24,354 nt of DNA from a virus (taxonomy: Duplodnaviria; Caudoviricetes), in the IMG/VR virus record IMGVR_UViG_3300020475_000526, positions 1-24,354 of that record; one strand, given 5' to 3'. The notes under the pieces were generated by a model. It ran no database searches. It was given only the letters and a program-made list of their open reading frames with translations, and was not told where the DNA came from. The position numbers were made by a program, and so were the translations under genes. Shown here one piece after another: positions 21,501 to 24,354 of this stretch. How positions within the stretch are numbered: the stretch's first letter is position 1; every line of letters begins with the position of its first letter.

Positions 21501-22447
21501 AATGTACCATAAGTAGCACCTTCAACCCTTGAATCTCTGTTATATCCAGCGTCTACACTAAACTTATAGTAAGTCTCTCCAACACCCACTGGGATCTTTT
21601 CTACGTGCGTTATAGGAGCATATGCCTTCTCAATACCAGCATCCTTATATTCATCTTGGAATAAAGTAGACAACTCTAAATCGAGGGGATTTCCATTAAC
21701 AGGTTGTACTACAAAATCTTTAGTGATTTTATAATTAGCATTAGATGGTGTAAAGAGAAAATCACGAGGTCTTATAATATTAACATTTTCGTTATATAAA
21801 GCTTTAAATAGGATTTCAAAACCCCTATCAGTTCCTTTACTTAGATAAAAATCTTTTGACTGTTTTATAAAGACTTGTTGATCTAAATCAGGAGTAAGTT
21901 GTCTACCTTCTAAACCTGGTGTAATTTGATATTTTGTTTTCTTTAAAAACTCTTTAAGGAAAAGACAACTTAGATTTTCTATTGTAGATCCTCTAGGATG
22001 CTCATTTGCCTCTGTAGATTCAAATACCAATTCTTCGGAATTAGTAGGACTTCTATAAGAAGTAATACCACTAAATCCTCTAACACATCCAGTAAATCCA
22101 AAAGTAGTTATTCCAGTATATGTAATAATTTCATCATTAATTTTTAACAATCCATATTCATTTGGGAATCCCAAAGTTCCTGTAGGAAAGTTTTGCATAT
22201 CAACATCAATAGCATCACTTGTGATACCAACAGTTGCACCTAATCCAACAGAGTATGTAAGATTGGTGAGATTATCTACTTTGACATACTCATCAATATT
22301 TGAAATTAAATCAATTGGACCACCTTGGTACTCCTGTCCTTGATAATAAGATTTTAAAAACTCAGAAACTAACGGATATTCATTCTGCACATATTGAGGC
22401 AGTTGATTCTGAACAATGTTATTAAACTGTACTTTTTTTATTGTCAT
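9563..22447 (-). CDS. gp7: Giant baseplate wedge initiator, gp7-like, multi-module (4294 aa)
   Basis: Uninterrupted 12.9-kb ORF between gp6 and gp8. N-terminal QLPQYV..YP...EFLKSYY, KDFYLSKGT..GFEILFKALY and internal QDSDYYQNLSYSL...HTIGFKKF match cyanophage gp7-type proteins as I recall them. Confidence 0.85.
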   Translation of the reverse strand: MTIKKVQFNNIVQNQLPQYVQNEYPLVSEFLKSYYQGQEYQGGPIDLISNIDEYVKVDNLTNLTYSVGLGATVGITSDAIDVDMQNFPTGTLGFPNEYGLLKINDEIITYTGITTFGFTGCVRGFSGITSYRSPTNSEELVFESTEANEHPRGSTIENLSCLFLKEFLKKTKYQITPGLEGRQLTPDLDQQVFIKQSKDFYLSKGTDRGFEILFKALYNENVNIIRPRDFLFTPSNANYKITKDFVVQPVNGNPLDLELSTLFQDEYKDAGIEKAYAPITHVEKIPVGVGETYYKFSVDAGYNRDSRVEGATYGTFSVSPRTKLVGGVSAGSTIFDVDSTVGFSTQGELHFRYIDNTVGISSYTSKNLTQFFGLTGIGKTIVSATTVGINSFAYGASIVDPDEIVEVRITSVINSLEYDNESCLYGSGDDVKIKTLGVGDTGYKMKGWFYNVSPTYKVKDIILIDVSDFTYEVIIDVDHEFKVGDRAVISRSLGEKTSLPSSTISQITSSRSFILKEQGEIDLTERDSNPYIIERKLSKANAINFPESSVYTSDIQNVYKQKKTEKLLVASSSIPSYDSSSLGVNAKRILFNGSFSGDTFNIIDDATTPVGVPIFDHGFYTGDAVYYTPQIVNDVYVDPTSGTELDNFVIKSSLFDEGLYFVKRVDANSIKLAKSTPDLYNETFVNLDNDGTRTGVATDNRIEPFSFNGETLQSQKLVRSINPPVNTGTVYETTPGSTGILINGVEILNYKSYDKVYYGKLESIDVLAPGRDYDVINPPITKITDAVGTGATGFVAISGSLKEIRIIDPGFGYETKPIISITGGNGEGADVSINMQEVTHSIPFFSSSSKVGLGTTGTLSSTIGFSTYHKFTNGEQVLYVTDNQDVVGGLTTNASYFASVVGSGGTTIRLHSDEAGSLAGINTVVLTSRGDGVQHIRSYKTKSLIESINVISGGSGYENKKRTVQPAGITTSSDQITIQNHDYKNGEIINYTCTGTPITGLATATDYYVCFVDDDNFKLTSVGVGTTSKDYYYRTKQFRDLTYIGVGTHQFNYPPISVTLNGKVGVTSVGDETFEAKIQPIFRGEVTSIHLADNGVGYGSSEIINFNREPDVTLSSGVDGQVQPIVHNGKITEVIVENKGQDYIAPPILSINGDGAGCIITPVLKTVGIGTSATYLLEEVKVIKTGSGYTKEDTSIDVISPGSDVKLRSNIQQWTVNLFEKYYQGEQVTSDDGILINGLNKDFGLQYTHLYAPRKLREGVYATNQEGTSLYGQPDLKRVNGQEIESADHSPIIGWAYDGNPIYGPYGYVKKEGGSVTQMKSGYVEEAASKLNRPPLVTFGPGFFVEDYTFKEVTDETVLDQNNGRFCITPQFPNGVYAYFATINDSGAEQGGQFNSYKLPIFPYLVGDNYQSTPEEFNFTQYSNQDDYIITDDLDWYRNTSPYNLIEGDITYPYLSIPDNLSQTLDIKGTKPGHIESIGITTGGKNYKIKDKIVFNNEGTSGSKAAASVSRLVGKSVSSVSVATSTVSNVEFYPGPQQGQYTVLSTEPYNWFNNDIVNVTGLSTTSSNIEGTYNVGITSNKLFLAGIGTTAVAIGTDGATGIVTHLSVWGDLTFPTIRSNDILGIGTEQVKVLNVEAHLSRIRVLRGFNGVTGVSHTVTTELLEDPRKLTVNPGFTSTYEYRLNKQIYFEPDESVGVGTLSAVGMGSTLVFSNPGIGLTELFVYPKELYIPNHDLKTGDKLTYSPGNGAGITIWEDGKAGTGVKTLVNGQTLFAAVKDSNIIGLSTCRVGLGTTGTFVGIASTQRDSTTFFFAGIGTGVYHSLKTNYEVITGEVNRIRVTVSTGETHGLLNNDHVYMSVSPGISTTIVVKYNDYNRKILIDPKSFTAAGVNTTTNAITITNHGYVTGDKIIHTASIPCGGLDNNGTYYIVKVDENTIKLSDTYHDSVEEKPPIVGIATTGGGGTINPINPPIKLYKDCTAVFDVSDSSLSYVNQSTDYSAFKLTFYRDQNFTKIWDTSTLTKDFNVVRNGAPGITTNANVTLTVTKDIPNELYYKLDPIYDSNLPDVKKEVTVDKEVISANQVTMVDSLYNGKQIVSIAATNQFRYTLSELPEKDSYGSLSDLSYETDSLNSSGAIANFEIKNPGNNYYALPGITTINSVDGSNAIIQGISTSIGKIRTVKLREIGYNFPSDPTLMPSASLPQVIQLDALKSVESVGVTSFGKGYISSPELVVIDGFTNKPVFDLDLKYKLGNPNVEILRNTFGIHDAPPTVIPTKNSNGVGISTVGFNTISKNVTVTLATGFSTANTFPFEVGDKVFVEGISVGVGTTGRGYNSSEYDYKLFDLTEVDKNLGGIGSITYNLTDFFGDLAPELTPGTYDFINSAGRIVAQKTFPRFTVNLTKSNDYVPGETVTGTISSTTGEVQYWEPNTGILRVSAQKDFVINDIIVGGASGTQGTATSIKSFDSYLKLDATARVEGGWETESGFFNRTLQRFQDSDYYQNLSYSLSSRVDLEVWDDPVSTLNHTIGFKKFSDYQLESTPDQKDSLVVGLSTELSAYTVVNDLQSSINMNTVFDFDLASENNLSIGADTVSNEITFSSRILQDFQESIGNRAVSIDDFSGTFNSNPRSTRFTTVANWTLAERRALKYFLYVRDKRFTAQRQLTIVDILHDNNLGYLNQYGKIDTVYNQGDFDFAISGSLGELRWYPVKYSVNDYFIASLSFNLDDNTLGTASTVIGPSIVDTESATIGVGIGTTTIVGIASTYRSAHVIVSINPDINYEEFEYNQFNIIHDGTTVDVMEYGRLSTNITEGYAARTGMGTYHGYIDGDLLKLDFYPNSGVGIGTTGAINTMLVGMASSEYSGISTVELKHAILESRCTGIGSTTSPIENIIAEYPTDYQAAYCFVQITDCTNKAYQMSEFLCVNDFVTDETQESYDVEFGNVYSGNAGLGTIGSRVSAGGTMSIVFTPNAGIDVQTNVFSNVLRITDDTKDTIDFDNGAIESGFGDYEGTDRAVKREFELKHRTDTIFEKSFVGEDSSIVDATNNVIILPNHFFVTGEKLLYNHAGAGKTMAVGIATTNGFVGVGTTNKLPGTFFAVKIDDDSIKVAETAEKALKTVPEVVEITSVGIGTSHRFNSVNQNSKLLVSIDNVIQSPIVSTAVTSHLTGQIFTTDEFINLAGITSIFGGDLIKIGDEIMRVDGVGIGVTNRIQVRRPWMGTALAGYSTATVVTKVVGNYNVVDNAINFVAAPSGNVPLSTSTNRPDERDWTGISTGSSFDGRMFMRSGVPDTPYETYYRNYVFDSLSDQFTGQKANFTLKSDSANVSGLTTDNAIILVNDVFQTPGPLNNYTLAQTTTGITTITFTGTGSSVSADPNVGTLPLGGAIVSVASTEGFGYQPLVAAGGTAVVSTAGTIESVSIANTGSGYRIGVQSLCNVAIQTSTLPGTSIIGIGTAIIEERGFITGIAITNPYVFNIPLFVSNVGYDTATGLTTVTTSSAHGFSVGEDADITGIAFTNLSSSPKSITNFVYSATSGVATVTTSANHGFVANEDIVLTGLAITEGSSNITYPRTSDPYYTGSRISSVLTTKRFVIQVGAGNTALQYTSGGTAQLIKLPTNFPVDSTPVTRVIDTTTFAFDAGISTQTNLYNRGGVVRRPLKVIIDDPLPYAGIALTYSDSSPAGVGTGGIVDVVVGQGSSIISFRITNTGSGYGNDEILTLPIGGPTGIPTDPSKTYKEFQLTLDPCFYDEFTGWSIGELQSLDNIEKLITGSRKDFPLELNGETITIRGKEGSKIVEEDLLLVFVNDVPQVPGGGYTFPGGSNITFTEAPKEGDSIQILFYKGTGSQDVVERRVLETVKPGDELEIGHLESQDFWLTESVRVPLSVDSTDRVSTPPYYGPGNTADPNLERPIQWTRQTEDKIINQIGVGKDREIYEPVINPYSPIIKSVGIGSTVIYVENVRPYFDPYNEVDDVSPIANDFLFQKKVKFISQEVRSGAAGTAIVSGLGTISSVAISTGGIGYSTAIVSFASTSIGGVEVGVVTTSTRAFGTPVISAAGTITGIAITSVGSGYTSSNPPSVLISPPTWYEEENTATSYGGDSGIIVGFGTTTVGVATGYQLVFDLHIPNSSDLRKSNITGTAVTISGISTGDYFVVNDSNVGASSTSIGSLAADGAVIGIGTQFVNNVYEVNTFEIVQSPTGVASDGVGIGTTHMNRVFVKIAEHLDWDGQWPSFSGVGIQTGNYFGSYSWGKILLPSRSEENAFTAYTLGGTGGISTSPVVRRSRSLKSKQYYTPPS
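11486..12016 (-). repeat. Two copies of a 'Y...G..TVTT...HGF' module in gp7, one nested inside the other
   Basis: VSNVGYDTATGLTTVTTSSAHGFSVGEDADITGIAFT aligns with ITNFVYSATSGVATVTTSANHGFVANEDIVLTGLAIT. Two matching C-terminal halves follow (..F....G......Y..GG.). Confidence 0.75.
13122..20602 (-). repeat. Six dispersed copies of an 'H..xTG(D/E).(V/I/L).Y ... (Y/F).V..VD...IKL' module in gp7
   Basis: Copies at approximately 20423-20602, 19712-19846, 19385-19510, 17091-17254, 16622-16747 and 13122-13297. Similarity is at the protein level only. Confidence 0.75.
13540..14560 (-). repeat. Three tandem diverged ~110-aa domains in gp7 (YRSA.....(Q/E)...F...HD.......EYG type)
   Basis: RRALKYFLYV..QLTIVDILHD..LNQYG..LRWYP; YRSAHVIVSI..EYNQFNIIHDG..VMEYG..LDFYP; YQAAYCFVQI..QMSEFLCVND..DVEFG..IVFTP. 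Confidence 0.7.
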
Positions 22448-22464
22448 TTTATAATCGTTCTATC

Positions 22465-24354
22465 TTAGTAGGAGGAAGCAGCAGAGGTTGATGCAGATGT
22501 TGATGTAGATGTAGATGGTGCAGGAGAACCAGAACCAGAAGTAGTTGCCTGAGTAGTGGTGACATCACGACCACCAGAACGAACTAGGTTACCATTAGCA
22601 TAACTTGAAGATGTAATGTAATTAGAACCAGATGGATCTAAACCAGAAGCAATTTCATCTACAACCGTATTAAAATTACTATTGTTAATATCTAGTTGTA
22701 AATAAAGATCCTGTAATCCAATGACATCATTAGAGAGAGGACATGCAGAAATCTCAATAACTGTTTGTCCATCTTTTTGCATTCCAGATTGAATATTGAC
22801 TGGATTGATAGTAACTATTCCTTCTTTGTAATTAATAGATCCTACGTTTCTTTTAACAATAGTAGGAGATTGGGATGCTATTGAAGGAACTGTAAACAAA
22901 AATAATGATCCATTTATTTTATTTGTATTAGGAATATCTGATATGTAAACATCATCCATAATTCCAGCAACTTTAAATGCTGATGATTTGATGTTATACC
23001 CACTCATACTCTTAATATGAAACTCATTACCAAAACCAATTTGGTATTCTGCAAAAGCATTTAATACTGCTCTTATATCTCTTCTTATATAAATCGTCGT
23101 AATATTAGATGTTATGGATTCATTACTTTGGTCAATAATATTCAAAAACTTACTATATTTAAATCTCGCACCATATTTGTTCATTTCAGAAGATTCAGCA
23201 TACTTAGTAGCATTAGTTGAAACTACAGAAGAAACATATGCAGAAGATGGAGCACGATTGGAGTTATAATAGATGTTTGAATTGATTTCAATATAAAGAT
23301 ACTTCAAATCAAGCAATTCTGGGATAATTCCTGCTACCGCATACTTCTTCAATTTCAACTTAATCTGTTCTTTGATCAAATTGGGTAGAAAATCACCAGT
23401 TTTTGGTTTAATGCTAATAAAGACTTTTCCATATTGTGGTGGAATCAAATCTTCACCTCCAAAAACGGAAATTGACTCTGTTTCGGGATAAATTCTTGAT
23501 GGAATTAAAGATTCGTAGTCATTTGAGGTTACTGCTCTGTTCTGAGACGAATAAATCCTTGGAGCAAACTTTCTAACCGACTCTACAGACTCAATTGTCT
23601 CTCCACCCGATGCAGGTACTCCAGTTGTCATCAAAGAGATGCCAGAAGTGATTGTATAACTCTGAGCATTACGTGTATATTGGATTCTTCCCGAAAAATT
23701 GAAAGAATTGAGTCCATTTGCGGAATCTCCACTAGATGTAATGTAATCTATGGTAATAAAGTTGCCGTCTTCAAGTTCTTTTCCAAAAATACCGTCACCA
23801 AAGAATATTTGATATCTTTCATCTTCAATTTCTTGTAAATAATAAACTTTTGAGTCAGATTTTACGTCAAAAAGACTATTTTGAGAACTATATTTGGTTT
23901 GTGTCGTAGATGCTTCGTTTGGACGTACAGAAACAGTGATTAAATCAGTATCAACTCCAATATTTGGTAAAATAAACTTTTGATTTGGAACTCTTGATGA
24001 ATATGTGAAGGTTTGTGTTAAAAGTGTACCTTCAAAAACCTCAACATCGTTAAATTCTGCAATTCCGTTAAAGACTGGAACCGTAATATCAGTTAGAATT
24101 GAAAAAACGAATGATTGACCACCAAAAGGAGCTTGTGATGCTGCCACTGGACCCTTCTTAAGAGTCAAAGAAGCAGGTGAAGGTGTAATTCCCTCAGTAT
24201 TCACAAAGAAGGACACTGTTGCCCTTGCTGCTTGCCTTGGACGGGGTACATAACCTATGTTTCTAGCTAAAGATATAACGTTTTCTCTTAATGTAGCAGT
24301 ATCAATGAACACCTCATTGGTGATCATGTTCGCATTGTATGATGTAATGTAGGT
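22465..24354 (-). CDS. gp6: Baseplate wedge subunit, T4 gp6-like; 5' end lies outside the window
   Basis: The frame stays open upstream of the listed ATG (24327) to the edge, reading TYITSYNAN-MITNEVFIDTATLRENVISLARNIGYVP. Motifs FFGDGIFGK, APRIYSSQNRAVTSNDY and GGEDLIPPQYGKVFISIKP are gp6 signatures. Confidence 0.95.
   Translation of the reverse strand, partial: TYITSYNANMITNEVFIDTATLRENVISLARNIGYVPRPRQAARATVSFFVNTEGITPSPASLTLKKGPVAASQAPFGGQSFVFSILTDITVPVFNGIAEFNDVEVFEGTLLTQTFTYSSRVPNQKFILPNIGVDTDLITVSVRPNEASTTQTKYSSQNSLFDVKSDSKVYYLQEIEDERYQIFFGDGIFGKELEDGNFITIDYITSSGDSANGLNSFNFSGRIQYTRNAQSYTITSGISLMTTGVPASGGETIESVESVRKFAPRIYSSQNRAVTSNDYESLIPSRIYPETESISVFGGEDLIPPQYGKVFISIKPKTGDFLPNLIKEQIKLKLKKYAVAGIIPELLDLKYLYIEINSNIYYNSNRAPSSAYVSSVVSTNATKYAESSEMNKYGARFKYSKFLNIIDQSNESITSNITTIYIRRDIRAVLNAFAEYQIGFGNEFHIKSMSGYNIKSSAFKVAGIMDDVYISDIPNTNKINGSLFLFTVPSIASQSPTIVKRNVGSINYKEGIVTINPVNIQSGMQKDGQTVIEISACPLSNDVIGLQDLYLQLDINNSNFNTVVDEIASGLDPSGSNYITSSSYANGNLVRSGGRDVTTTQATTSGSGSPAPSTSTSTSASTSAASSY
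22468..22560 (-). repeat. Ser/Thr/Ala low-complexity C-terminal tail of gp6
   Basis: Encodes TTTQATTSGSGSPAPSTSTSTSASTSAASSY. The + strand shows imperfect 6-nt periodicity (gatgca gatgtt gatgta gatgta gatg). Confidence 0.8.

Noticed and set aside
381-22447. Inteins, introns, homing endonucleases or frameshifts as an explanation for the giant ORFs
   Set aside because: I recognised no Hint/intein splice motifs or LAGLIDADG/HNH/GIY-YIG motifs. The ORFs are uninterrupted, and their length is explained by repeated structural modules.
22446-22453. TATAAAAT just before gp7 as a late promoter
   Set aside because: It mismatches the ATAAATA core and overlaps the start codon, leaving no room for a transcript leader.
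24325-24327. ATG given as the gp6 start in the ORF track
   Set aside because: The frame is open to the window edge with conserved gp6-like sequence (TYITSYNAN), so the true start is upstream.
1-24354. CRISPR array, DGR template/variable repeats, tRNAs, intrinsic terminators
   Set aside because: Intergenic spaces are 32 nt or shorter. I noticed no long near-identical DNA repeats or GC-rich hairpin plus U-tract by eye. A self dot-plot would be the decisive check.

Overview
A 24.4 kb, AT-rich, almost fully coding segment of a T4-like marine myophage genome, most consistent with a cyanophage of the P-SSM2/S-SM2 type. This assignment comes from recalled family motifs and gene order, not from a database search. 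All real genes are on the minus strand, in the order gp6 baseplate wedge (5' end cut by the window edge), a giant 4294-aa gp7-type wedge initiator, gp8 baseplate wedge, a 2528-aa VrlC/DUF4815-like structural protein, a 74-aa coiled-coil protein, and the start of a small structural gene (1..165, missing from the ORF track). A T4-type late promoter precedes gp8. I found no RNA genes, CRISPR arrays, mobile elements, inteins or defence systems. The gene cluster itself is well known. The most interesting signals are inside the proteins: a dispersed xG[IVL][GAS]T motif (VGIGT) that recurs dozens of times in unrelated domains, possibly a modification or binding sequon; domain-inside-domain nesting in gp7; a split, His-depleted YHYH-like domain; and several internal module families shared among gp7, gp8 and VrlC.
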